NCBI GenBank assembly: GCA_041654095.1 | Contig: JBAZED010000002.1 | Coordinates: 25,600 to 89,599 of the forward strand | Reading direction: 5' to 3' | Length of the DNA: 64,000 bases | Origin: Bacilli bacterium | GTDB taxonomy: Bacteria; Bacillota_I; Bacilli_A; RFN20; CAG-826 | Shown here: positions 1-8,689 of the stretch, in pieces | Position numbering within the stretch: the first letter of the stretch is position 1 | How the letters are laid out: the number at the start of each line of letters is the position of its first letter | Made by a program: the position numbers and the translations under genes | Notes under the pieces: model-generated | Told to the model about the DNA's origin: nothing | What the model saw: only the letters and a program-made list of their open reading frames with translations | Databases searched by the model: none

Positions 1-461
1 ATGCTCCTCATTTTCGCGTTGATGATATCGCGCGACGTCAGCGTTTCATCGAGATCTAAATCACCGATGATGTTGCGGAGGGTTGTCGCCGACAGGTTTT
101 CAATCGCCGAAAGCGGATTGACGACGCCATAGCAATATAATTTGGGGTCCGTCACTTGAAAGAAGACGACGGTGTCGATCTGCATCGTGACATTATCCTT
201 GGTGATGACGGGCTGGGGATCGAAATCGCGGACTTGTTCTTTCATCGACACCCGTTGCGAGATGCGATCAAAGAAGGGGATGAGCATGTGGATACCGACA
301 CCCCACGTGGTGAGGTAACCGCCCAATCTCTCGATGACGTATTTATCGGTTTGACGGACGATTTTAACGGAGCTGATTAAAATCAGCAGGAGGACGAATC
401 CGACGATGCATAAGACGACGATGGCCCATGGAGCCATAGTGGCTAACATAACTAAATTCAT
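1..461 (-). CDS. SPFH/band-7 (stomatin/flotillin-like) membrane protein, N-terminal part; C-terminus runs off the window
   Basis: Reverse-strand translation from ATG (459-461) gives MNLVMLATMAPWAIVVLCIVGFVLLLILISSVKIVRQTDKYVIERLGGYLTTWGVGIHMLIPFFDRISQRVSMKEQVRDFDPQPVITKDNVTMQIDTVVFFQVTDP... This is an N-terminal TM helix followed by a band-7 core. SD GGAAAGGAAGG lies upstream. The frame stays open to position 1 (absent from the ORF track because it has no stop). The start is adjacent to the NfeD stop at 463-465, the classic nfeD-stomatin pairing. Confidence 0.8.
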   Translation of the reverse strand, partial: MNLVMLATMAPWAIVVLCIVGFVLLLILISSVKIVRQTDKYVIERLGGYLTTWGVGIHMLIPFFDRISQRVSMKEQVRDFDPQPVITKDNVTMQIDTVVFFQVTDPKLYCYGVVNPLSAIENLSATTLRNIIGDLDLDETLTSRDIINAKMRS

Positions 462-462
462 A

Positions 463-927
463 TTATTGACCTTCCTTTCCAGGTTCACTTTTTTCGACAA
501 TCAATTTATTGCCGTCGACGCTGACGATGGTGACAACTTCGTCAACGACGATTTTGATGTTTTTATCGCGGGCGATTGCAGTCCAGACGACGCCGTTGAG
601 CTTCACTTCCCCGTGTGAAAATTCATCGATGCCTTTCGTGACCGTGCACCTCTGCCCGATTTTTTCTTCGACGTTCGATTTGACTTCTTTTTTATACAAG
701 TATTTTTTGGCTAACGGCCGAATCGTGAATACCAAGACAAAGCCAACGACTAAAAAGACGATGATTTCAACCCAGAACGGGATTCCGGGAATAATCGATA
801 GAATAATAGCCAGCAGGGCCCCCGCTGCAAACCAAATCGAAACGAGGTCAGGCTCGAGTGCTTCGATGATGACGGATAAGACGAAGATACCGAGCCAAAT
901 CCATATCATGATGTTTTCTATATTCAT
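463..927 (-). CDS. NfeD-like membrane protein (short form, C-terminal OB-fold)
   Basis: 154 aa. N-terminal TM helices are followed by a soluble beta-rich tail (VGQRCTVTKGIDEFSHGEVKLNGVVWTAIARDKN...IVSVDGNKLIVEK) typical of NfeD. GGAGG SD 8 nt upstream of ATG 927. Sits immediately upstream of the SPFH gene. Confidence 0.75.
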   Translation of the reverse strand: MNIENIMIWIWLGIFVLSVIIEALEPDLVSIWFAAGALLAIILSIIPGIPFWVEIIVFLVVGFVLVFTIRPLAKKYLYKKEVKSNVEEKIGQRCTVTKGIDEFSHGEVKLNGVVWTAIARDKNIKIVVDEVVTIVSVDGNKLIVEKSEPGKEGQ

Positions 928-1087
928 ATATTATTGTGCCTCCATAAAAAATATACATTAAATCGCAGCTATTAACAATTATTAAAGTGGGCTTTTCACC
1001 CGCTGATTGGCTTGTTTTTGCATTTATGCAAGTGGACAAACGTTATTCGAATGATGACATAATGAATTATAATGATGGCAGGGGAAT

Positions 1088-1705
1088 ATGACGATGACCA
1101 ACGATAATCGCAAACTAAAGCGCCTTTGGATTTCTATGTTAATGGTGGCCAGCTGGGTTTTATGCCTTGTTACCGTTAATTATCCGGAAGACCACGTCTT
1201 AGGCTTTTCGCCAATATTGATGTATGTCTTTTACTCCCTGATGACCGGGCTCTCGCTAGCGGCTTTGGCTGCCATTCTTCTAAAGAAGCCGCTCCTCAGC
1301 GATGTCTTAGCCGGAGCGGTTTTGCCTCTCTATTTCGTTCTTTTTGGCATCGTCTTAATCAAGCGCTTGCTCTTGGGCTATGTTCTCTTTTTCCCGTTGA
1401 TGACCATTTCCTTATTCGTCTCCGCCGGATTAGCGCTCACCATCATCGTCCTGCTTATTATCACCCGAAAAAAACAAGGCTATTTGCTATCGATCATCGC
1501 CTATTCAATTTTCCTATTTGTCGTCGTTATGGAATCTTACCCAGTCGCCTACGAAGAAGTGACCGAGGTGTATGGAAATCTTAAACTAGTCTATTTCGTG
1601 GCGATTATCACCGCGGCGATTCTCGGCATCATCCACGCTTCGAAATCATATAAAGAAATAAAAGAAAAACCACCTCTCGGTGGTGATCAACTCAATAAAC
1701 ATTAG
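1088..1705 (+). CDS. hypothetical polytopic membrane protein
   Basis: 205 aa with 5-6 hydrophobic helices and no recognisable catalytic motif. Convergent with the nuclease gene, overlapping it by 4 nt. Confidence 0.5.
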   Translation: MTMTNDNRKLKRLWISMLMVASWVLCLVTVNYPEDHVLGFSPILMYVFYSLMTGLSLAALAAILLKKPLLSDVLAGAVLPLYFVLFGIVLIKRLLLGYVLFFPLMTISLFVSAGLALTIIVLLIITRKKQGYLLSIIAYSIFLFVVVMESYPVAYEEVTEVYGNLKLVYFVAIITAAILGIIHASKSYKEIKEKPPLGGDQLNKH

Positions 1706-2610
1706 TAAATCGAATGAGCCCATTCAGGGTGGTCGATGAAGGGATTGCGATTATGTTGATGATTTTCGTAAATGAGGTTGTTGCGATTCATTTCGAATTG
1801 GTCGACGGGGTCGAACTCATGCCATTCTAAAAGAGTGTTGAGATATCCGAGGGTCGTTCCATTTTTAGGATATGAGTTGACCAAACTGCAGTTGCTGGGA
1901 TAGATGAGAGCCATATAAAAACAGGCTCGGGCGACATCGCCTTTATCTTGATCAACCGGTTCGTAAATCCCATCGTCGGTCTTGCCGTTGTATTTTCCAG
2001 AGTTTAAACCGCGATGATCCTTGCCGGTCGTGCCGCTTGTGACTATTCCAAAATTACGGGAAACGCGATAAGAGTTGTTATTTGGCTTGTCAGAGGCGCG
2101 AAGGTGGTGCAAATCGCATCCTGGATCATTGCCGGTGTCGAAGTTGCCATGCGATTTCGGCCAGATGTGCTCTTTGTCCCAAATCGTCGTGTAGTCGCTT
2201 CGCTTCGCCGCACCCGAACTGCCGGTTTTAAAATTGTACGACGCATAGATAATCCGCATATACGGATTATCGTCTGAGGCGTTTGGCGATAACGTCCAAT
2301 CGCGATCGGTTTCCGTCATGGCATCAGCGGCGGCCGAATAGGAGATTTTCGTATGGCCGCTGACGATGCTCCGGAGTTGCGAGGCGGTCGGATTAGAACC
2401 TAACGTGCTGTAGTAACTCGCATATTTTGAAGGCATTTCATAATGGTTTGATTCACCGCTGCTCGAGGAAGAGCTATTGCTCGTATTTGCATCGGAGGAT
2501 GAACTCGACGAATCAACCGGTTTATTGCACGACGAAAGCAAGAGCGTCCCGAGAGACAATGCGAAGAGAAATGTATTTATGAATGGTTGATTAATGCGCA
2601 CGTATGGCAT
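1702..2610 (-). CDS. Endonuclease I family (EndA/Vvn-like) extracellular nuclease lipoprotein
   Basis: 302 aa. Signal peptide with lipobox (LLLSSC), then a Ser-rich linker (SSSSSSDANTSNSSSSSSG). The nuclease core carries the family signatures EHIWPKSHG and NRNPFIDHPEW. Confidence 0.75.
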   Translation of the reverse strand: MPYVRINQPFINTFLFALSLGTLLLSSCNKPVDSSSSSSDANTSNSSSSSSGESNHYEMPSKYASYYSTLGSNPTASQLRSIVSGHTKISYSAAADAMTETDRDWTLSPNASDDNPYMRIIYASYNFKTGSSGAAKRSDYTTIWDKEHIWPKSHGNFDTGNDPGCDLHHLRASDKPNNNSYRVSRNFGIVTSGTTGKDHRGLNSGKYNGKTDDGIYEPVDQDKGDVARACFYMALIYPSNCSLVNSYPKNGTTLGYLNTLLEWHEFDPVDQFEMNRNNLIYENHQHNRNPFIDHPEWAHSIY

Positions 2611-2674
2611 TATAACAAAACTCGGAAAATTATTAAAATAATAACTATATTATGTTTGCGTTTATTGTATCGGC

Positions 2675-3259
2675 CTAAGCACAAGTATAAGTTATCACCA
2701 CAGAATTGATGATGAATTCGGAGCCGGCATAACCATAGAACCTAAATCCCATATAAAAAATTGCTTGATATGCATCGATTATGCTCGAATCAAGAGAATA
2801 GGGGGAGGTCTGACTATTTAAATCGATGTAATTGGGTTGCGATCCTGGCGATGTACCATAAAACAGCCTTAGCGCACTCCAAGTGCCTGATTTCTCAAAA
2901 GTCACGGTTACCGATTTGACTCCTGTGAAAGGGTAGTGGCTGTTATAGAAAGTTCGCCAGCCCATCTCATAGGAGTAATGAATGCCAATGTGCCCGTTTT
3001 CAGGCGCAAAGGCTGGAGCCAATATCGTCCATTCCATCGCCCGGCTGGGCACATAAGAGACTGTGGGGTTAAAATCCTTAACGGCCGAGGTCAGCTCCGA
3101 ATACTGATTCGTCGAATCCAGTTGAACGGTGTATATTTCCTGTTCGGCATTCGCGACGATTTTTATATCGCCGCGATAATCGCCAATTATCGCCTTTCCG
3201 ACAGAGACACATAGCAACGCCAAAACCGCACCGGTAAACAAGCGGAAAATTTTTTTCAT
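2675..3259 (-). CDS. hypothetical secreted protein (signal peptide)
   Basis: Start moved to the internal ATG at 3259 (MKKIFRLFTGAVLALLCVSVGKA...). Basic N-region, hydrophobic core and an AxA-like cleavage site. GGAGAAAG SD upstream. The longer ORF-track N-terminus has no SD. No recognisable domain; Tyr/Gly/Ser-rich. Confidence 0.55.
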   Translation of the reverse strand: MKKIFRLFTGAVLALLCVSVGKAIIGDYRGDIKIVANAEQEIYTVQLDSTNQYSELTSAVKDFNPTVSYVPSRAMEWTILAPAFAPENGHIGIHYSYEMGWRTFYNSHYPFTGVKSVTVTFEKSGTWSALRLFYGTSPGSQPNYIDLNSQTSPYSLDSSIIDAYQAIFYMGFRFYGYAGSEFIINSVVITYTCA

Positions 3260-3336
3260 TTTCTTTCTCCAATGATGATGAGCACTTAAACCTATTTTAT
3301 ACCCGCTGTCGAAAAAGAAAAGAGCCAATTTTGGCC

Positions 3337-4920
3337 CTATTTCATCAACTCTTGAATGTAAGGTATTTCGATCGCGGCGTCCAACCTCGGAAAGAGAGGA
3401 TCGCCTTTGTTTATTTTAATGCCACCGACGAAACCAAATTGATAGATGTTTGCATATTTTCTCTGTTCGGCATTAAGGCCTAATTGATCAAATAATTTAT
3501 CTGAGGAATGAACGAGGATCGGTTTGAGGAGCATGCCGGAAATAAATAGGACATTGGCGAGGTGTGCCATGACGCTGGCGAGTTCGCCGCGCTTTGTCGC
3601 ATCTTTGTTTAAGGCCCAAGGGGCGGTGTCATCAATGTACTTATTGGCTTTGGCAACAAGATTGTTTACTTTAGTAAAAGCATCGGTCAATTTCAAATCG
3701 TCGAGGTCTGCTTCGTATCCGGCGATGGTCTGTTCGGCCAAAACGCGCAAATCGTGGTCAAAAACTGTCACGTCGGCCGCATAAGTCGGAATAATGCCAT
3801 CAAAGTACTTGTTGATCATCGCCAAGGTGCGATTGAGGAGGTTGCCAAAATCGTTGGCGAGATCATTGTTGATGCGCTCGACGAATTGCTCGGGCGTGAA
3901 TTGACCGTCGCTTCCGAAAACGACTTCTCGTGCTAAGTAATAGCGAACAGCATCAACACCATATCTTTCGATTAGAGGATAAGGAGAGACGACGTTGCCT
4001 TTGGATTTCGACATCTTGCCGTCCTTCATCATCAAAAGGCCGTGGACGAACAAGCGATCAGGCTCTCTGATTCCTAAGCCCATCAAAAACATCGGCCAGT
4101 AAATGGCGTGAAAACGCGAAATATCGGCGCCCATCAAATGGACGATCTCGCTTTCTTCGTCAACCCAAAATTTATTGAAAAGTTCGGGGTTTTCCGAATC
4201 ATATCCCAAGGCAGTAATATAATTGCTCAAGGCGTCCAGCCAGACATAGACGACGTGGCGCGGATCTTCGTGCGTCGGAATGCCCCAATTGAACGAAGTG
4301 CGTGAAACGCACAAATCGTCGAGTCCCGGCTTGATGAACGTATTGATCATCTCGTTTTTGCGATTGATCGGCAAGAGAAATTTTGGATTGTCATCCATAA
4401 TTTTTAACAGCCTGCCGACATATTTGCCGGTCTTAAAGAAGTAAGCATCTTCGCTGGCGGTATGGACGGGGCGATGGCAATCCGGACACAACTTTTCGGG
4501 GCCGACTTGCGTCTCGGTCCAAAAGGACTCGCAAGGCGTGCAATACCAGCCTTCGTATTTACCTAAATAGATGTCGCCTTGATTATATAATTTGGTAAAG
4601 ATGTCTTGCACGACGCGGGTGTGGCGAGTTTCGGTCGTGCGGATGAAGTCATCATTGCTGATTTCGAGAGTCTTCCACAACTTCTGAAAATCGGCGGCGA
4701 TATCATCGACGAATTGCTGCTCGCTCTTGCCGGCGAGCTTGGCGTTATTCTGTATTTTTTCGCCGTGCTCATCGGTGCCCGTTAGATAATATGTCTCAAA
4801 TCCGCGCATTCTCTTATAGCGGGCGAAAATATCGGCGACAACCGTCGTGTAGGCGTGGCCAATATGAGCTTTGGCACTCGGATAGTAGATAGGCGTGGTG
4901 ATATAGAATTTCTTTTTCAT
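3337..4920 (-). CDS. metG: methionyl-tRNA synthetase (short form, no C-terminal tRNA-binding domain)
   Basis: 527 aa. HIGH motif (AHIGHAYT), KMSKS motif (GKMSKSKGN) and Cys-containing connective peptide (CTPCESF...CPDCHRP). N-terminus MKKKFYITTPIYYPSAKAHIGH is canonical. Confidence 0.95.
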   Translation of the reverse strand: MKKKFYITTPIYYPSAKAHIGHAYTTVVADIFARYKRMRGFETYYLTGTDEHGEKIQNNAKLAGKSEQQFVDDIAADFQKLWKTLEISNDDFIRTTETRHTRVVQDIFTKLYNQGDIYLGKYEGWYCTPCESFWTETQVGPEKLCPDCHRPVHTASEDAYFFKTGKYVGRLLKIMDDNPKFLLPINRKNEMINTFIKPGLDDLCVSRTSFNWGIPTHEDPRHVVYVWLDALSNYITALGYDSENPELFNKFWVDEESEIVHLMGADISRFHAIYWPMFLMGLGIREPDRLFVHGLLMMKDGKMSKSKGNVVSPYPLIERYGVDAVRYYLAREVVFGSDGQFTPEQFVERINNDLANDFGNLLNRTLAMINKYFDGIIPTYAADVTVFDHDLRVLAEQTIAGYEADLDDLKLTDAFTKVNNLVAKANKYIDDTAPWALNKDATKRGELASVMAHLANVLFISGMLLKPILVHSSDKLFDQLGLNAEQRKYANIYQFGFVGGIKINKGDPLFPRLDAAIEIPYIQELMK

Positions 4921-4926
4921 TGCGTT

Positions 4927-4948
4927 TAAAAAACCGCCATACGGCGGT
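4927..4948 (-). terminator. intrinsic terminator after rpmE (hairpin ACCGCC-atac-GGCGGT plus U-run on the minus strand)
   Basis: Plus strand 4927-4958 reads aaaaaaCCGCCatacGGCGGtctttcttttttt. On the minus strand the hairpin is followed by TTTTTT and then only 7 nt before the metG ATG. Confidence 0.5.
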
Positions 4949-4958
4949 CTTTCTTTTT

Positions 4959-5168
4959 TTATTTGTTCTTTAAGCCGTATTTCTTATTGAAAGTATCAAC
5001 GCGACCATCGGCCTGAGTGAATCTCTGCTTGCCGGTGTAATAAGAGTGGCAGTTCGAGCAGGTATCAACACGAATTTCCTTCAGAGTTGATCCGGTTTCA
5101 AACGTCGATCCACAAGTGACACAAGTGACGGTGACGCGATTGTACTTGGGGTGAATATCTTTTTTCAT
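4959..5168 (-). CDS. rpmE: 50S ribosomal protein L31 (zinc-ribbon type)
   Basis: 69 aa [48 protein letters not shown]...; conserved L31 N-terminus and CxxC...CxxC. Confidence 0.9.
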   Translation of the reverse strand: MKKDIHPKYNRVTVTCVTCGSTFETGSTLKEIRVDTCSNCHSYYTGKQRFTQADGRVDTFNKKYGLKNK

Positions 5169-5271
5169 AAAAATCTCCTTCCGCCTTGGACCTCATAGGT
5201 TCCAAAGAAAGTTGCTTTGTAATGTTATCATTACTCGTTTTAGAAAGCAAATACATTCCATTACAAATGAA

Positions 5272-5865
5272 TTATAGGTCGTAATACCTCTTCTTAAACT
5301 CCTCCGTCCAAAGCCTGGCCGGCAAATATAAAATTTCTTTAGAAATTGACGGGGCGATGATAAAGGGGTTAATTCCCAATCGTAAATTGCTGTTGTGCAC
5401 AGGCCGAAGGTACAACATTGATAAATAGACGAGCCGCCCTCGGGCATAGGGTTCGGGAATCAGATAATACCTAGGTTCGCTCAATTCGGCATTCAGCATC
5501 GTGTGCAGCGTGCGAAGATCTTTAGGTCCGCGCTTCGGAAGTTCGATAGCTTGAAGCGACTTCAAAATATCGACGTATAATTCAGGGTTATCGGCGAACT
5601 CCTTGGCGGGTGAGAAGAGAACCCAGAGCGGATAAGGTCTGGTATAAGTTATTTCGTTAGTCCATGTTCTAAAGACATAGCCATAGACGATGTCGCCGCC
5701 GGCGATCAGCTTCTCGCGGCGATAGTAATCCATCGTTAAAAAGCCCAGCATTTTGCCTTTGAAGGTGTCTTTTCCGGCGATATACGCAATATCGTTTTTC
5801 TTAAAAGAAAGGCGCTTTTCAACGAAATTGTTCTGCAAATTGTCGAGTGCTTTCCGATCAAACAT
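5272..5865 (-). CDS. hypothetical cytoplasmic protein
   Basis: 197 aa, no TM helix, no motif I recognise. Divergent from tldD. A TATAAT hexamer sits 6 nt upstream of the ATG with no SD, so the mRNA may be leaderless. Confidence 0.45.
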   Translation of the reverse strand: MFDRKALDNLQNNFVEKRLSFKKNDIAYIAGKDTFKGKMLGFLTMDYYRREKLIAGGDIVYGYVFRTWTNEITYTRPYPLWVLFSPAKEFADNPELYVDILKSLQAIELPKRGPKDLRTLHTMLNAELSEPRYYLIPEPYARGRLVYLSMLYLRPVHNSNLRLGINPFIIAPSISKEILYLPARLWTEEFKKRYYDL

Positions 5866-5957
5866 TCAATTATTATACATATTTGCGAGTATTGGGGTGT
5901 ATTATTCAAGGGAATAATGTTAAAATTGTTCCCACGAAAATAAAGGAGGATCTTGGT

Positions 5958-7355
5958 ATGATTGCAAAATCTTTGGCGATTGATGTTTTAAACGCCGGTC
6001 TCGCGACAGGCGCCGATTTCGCTGAAATATACTTAGAAGAAAACAATTCGTCGTATTTGTTGTTGGAAAACGGCAAGACTGAATCGGCGCTCAACAGCAC
6101 CACTTTCGGAGCCGGCATTCGTCTATTGAATAAATTGCAAAGCGTTTATGGCTACACGAATGATCTGTCCCGCAAAGGACTCTTGAAATTGGCGACATCG
6201 CTCGCTAATTCATTTAAGGGCGAGCGGTTGATCACCGTCGAAAAAATCAACAAGGTCAGAGTAAAGAACATCCACGTTTACGAAAGACCGCTCAGCGAAG
6301 TATCTCGCGAAGAAAAAATTGGTCTCCTAAAAGAGGCTCACGCCGTCATATCTGCTTATGATAAGCGCATCGTCCGCATTCAAAATGTCTTTTTAAATAA
6401 TCGCAAAGAAGTGACGATTTATAACTCAGATGGCAAGCGCTTCGACGATTTTAAAGAGCGCGGTAGAATGGTCTTTATCGCCATCGCTAGCGAAAATGGC
6501 AAAATCGAAACGAGCCACGATGGGCCCGGCGCTTCTGCTGGCATGGAATTCTTTACCGGCCATATCGACGTTCGCGATACGGCTCAAAAAGTCGCTGAAT
6601 TAGCAATAAGGATGCTGACTGCCGCTGAATGTCCGAGCGGCAAAATGCCGGTCGTCATCGGCAACGGCTTCGGAGGCGTCGTCTTCCACGAAGCTTGCGG
6701 TCACTCTTTAGAGGCGACCTCGGTTGCCAAGAAGATATCTGTTTTCTCCGACAGCCTCGGCAAGCAAATCGCTGCCCCGATCGTCACCGCGATTGACGAC
6801 GGCACCATTCCCAATGCTTGGGGTTCAAATAATATCGATGACGAAGGCAATAAAACCCAGCGCAACGTCTTGATTAAAGACGGCGTTTGCACATCCTTCC
6901 TCGTCGACTCGTTCAATGCTCGGCGCATGGGCGCAAAAGCCAATGGCGTCTGTCGCCGTGAATCATATCGATATGAACCGACATCCCGCATGTCAAATAC
7001 CTATATCGAAAATGGCAAATCTACACCGGAAGAAATCATCGCAGCGACGAAACTCGGTTTGTACGCCGCGTCGATGGGCGGTGGAAGCGTGAATCCGGCA
7101 ACGGGTGAATTCAACTTCGCAGTCAGCGAAGCCTACATCATCCGCGATGGTAAAATCGCCGAACCGGTGCGTGGCGCGACCTTGATTGGTTCGGGCGCAG
7201 AAGTTTTAAAGAAAATTGATATGATCGGCAACGATTTAAAGAGATCTCAGGGGATGTGCGGCTCGGTCAGCGGCAGTATCCCAACCGATGTCGGTCAACC
7301 GACAATTCGCATTAGTGAAATTCTCGTCGGTGGAAGAGGAGGAGCCTTAAAATGA
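5958..7355 (+). CDS. tldD: TldD family metalloprotease
   Basis: Start set at ATG 5958 (MIAKSLAIDVLNAGLATGADFAEIYLEEN...) behind AAAGGAGGA SD; the ORF-track extension to 5847 lacks an SD. HEACGH zinc motif. The C-terminus overlaps the next gene by 4 nt. Confidence 0.85.
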   Translation: MIAKSLAIDVLNAGLATGADFAEIYLEENNSSYLLLENGKTESALNSTTFGAGIRLLNKLQSVYGYTNDLSRKGLLKLATSLANSFKGERLITVEKINKVRVKNIHVYERPLSEVSREEKIGLLKEAHAVISAYDKRIVRIQNVFLNNRKEVTIYNSDGKRFDDFKERGRMVFIAIASENGKIETSHDGPGASAGMEFFTGHIDVRDTAQKVAELAIRMLTAAECPSGKMPVVIGNGFGGVVFHEACGHSLEATSVAKKISVFSDSLGKQIAAPIVTAIDDGTIPNAWGSNNIDDEGNKTQRNVLIKDGVCTSFLVDSFNARRMGAKANGVCRRESYRYEPTSRMSNTYIENGKSTPEEIIAATKLGLYAASMGGGSVNPATGEFNFAVSEAYIIRDGKIAEPVRGATLIGSGAEVLKKIDMIGNDLKRSQGMCGSVSGSIPTDVGQPTIRISEILVGGRGGALK

Positions 7356-8674
7356 ATTACAAAAAATTCTTTGATTTAGCCCAAGCCAAAGGCATCGAAG
7401 CCAGCGAGATATACTCATCCAAAAAATATTCACTGTCGTTTGAGTTATTTCACTCGGAAGTCTCTTCGTATTCGACCAGCGAATCTTTCTCGATGTCCGC
7501 GCGCGGTATCTACAATCATAAGTTCGGAGTCGCAAACACCGAAAAAGTCGACCGCGACACTCCTGAAAACCTCGTGAATGCGATTATCGCTAACGCAAAG
7601 GTGATTGAAAAGACCGACAAAGCCCTATTGTTCAAAGGCAGCGACAAATATCAAAAGCGCAATCTCTATAACAAGGAAATCGAGACCATATCCATCGATC
7701 AGAAGATGAAAAATCTCTATGAGATTGAAGCAAAACTGAAACAGTATGATCCTCGCGTCGTGGAGATCGAGACCGTCGCTTATTCTGAAGATGCCATCGA
7801 AGTAAACTTAGTCAACTCGTATGGTCTTAACTTAAAGAGCAAATCGAATTACTTCTACTACTACGCCGTCGTCGTCGTCAAGCAAAACGACGAAGTCAAA
7901 ACCGGCTTCAAAGTCTTATTATCCAATAATCCAAAAGAACTAAATATCGATAAATTCGTCAAGGACGTCGTCCAAGACGGGACCCGCAAATTAGGCGGTA
8001 TCCAGTGCGATAGCAAAAAGTACCCAATCGTTCTCAACCAGCAAACGGCGGCTAGTTTGTTAGAACCGTATTTGGAAAGCGCCAGCGCTGAAGAAGTCCA
8101 AAAGCAATCGTCATTCTTTGCCGGCAAGTTAAACCAACTAGTTGCGAGTAAAAAGGTTACCATTTTAGAGCAACCTCTCTTAAAGAATTGTTTCTTCCGC
8201 TATTTTGATGACGAAGGCGTTGCCACCGTCAACAAGAAAGTGATTGAGAAAGGTGTTCTTAAAATGTATTTCCACAATTTGGAAACCGCTCAAAGAGCGG
8301 GTACAGAGACAACCGGCAATGGTTATAAGGCTGGCTCAAAAATCGGTGTTGGCTTCGTAAATCCGTCTATCAAACCGGGGCGCAAATCAGAGGAACAGCT
8401 AATTGCTTCTCTGAAAAACGGCGTCTATATCACTAACCTTGACGGCCTCCACGCCGGCATGAATTCGCAATCAGGTAACTTTTCACTTCAAGCTGAAGGT
8501 TTCATGATTCGCGATGGCAAACTGGCCGAGCCGTTAAGCCTTATTACGGTCGCCGGCAACCTTCTCGACTTATTCATGAATGTCCGCGAAGTCGCCAATA
8601 ATCCCGAGTTACAATTATCGGGTATCAATTCGCCGAGTCTTTTAGTCAAGAGTTTGGCCGTCTCAGGAAAATAA
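7352..8674 (+). CDS. pmbA: PmbA/TldE family protein (TldD partner)
   Basis: 440 aa with the same fold as TldD but lacking HExxxH. Translationally coupled to tldD (ATGA overlap). Confidence 0.8.
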   Translation: MNYKKFFDLAQAKGIEASEIYSSKKYSLSFELFHSEVSSYSTSESFSMSARGIYNHKFGVANTEKVDRDTPENLVNAIIANAKVIEKTDKALLFKGSDKYQKRNLYNKEIETISIDQKMKNLYEIEAKLKQYDPRVVEIETVAYSEDAIEVNLVNSYGLNLKSKSNYFYYYAVVVVKQNDEVKTGFKVLLSNNPKELNIDKFVKDVVQDGTRKLGGIQCDSKKYPIVLNQQTAASLLEPYLESASAEEVQKQSSFFAGKLNQLVASKKVTILEQPLLKNCFFRYFDDEGVATVNKKVIEKGVLKMYFHNLETAQRAGTETTGNGYKAGSKIGVGFVNPSIKPGRKSEEQLIASLKNGVYITNLDGLHAGMNSQSGNFSLQAEGFMIRDGKLAEPLSLITVAGNLLDLFMNVREVANNPELQLSGINSPSLLVKSLAVSGK

Positions 8675-8689
8675 TTTAATTATATTAAA

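Noticed and set aside
156-380. Plus-strand 74-aa ORF (acidic, MKEDDGVDLHRD...)
   Set aside because: It lies antisense to a clearly coding SPFH/band-7 gene that continues off the window. Its composition is typical of a reverse-frame shadow.
3337-4958. T-box leaders upstream of metG, serS (20308-20328) and lysS (57483-57552)
   Set aside because: Intergenic distances are 38, 21 and 70 nt respectively. That leaves no room for a ~250-nt T-box.
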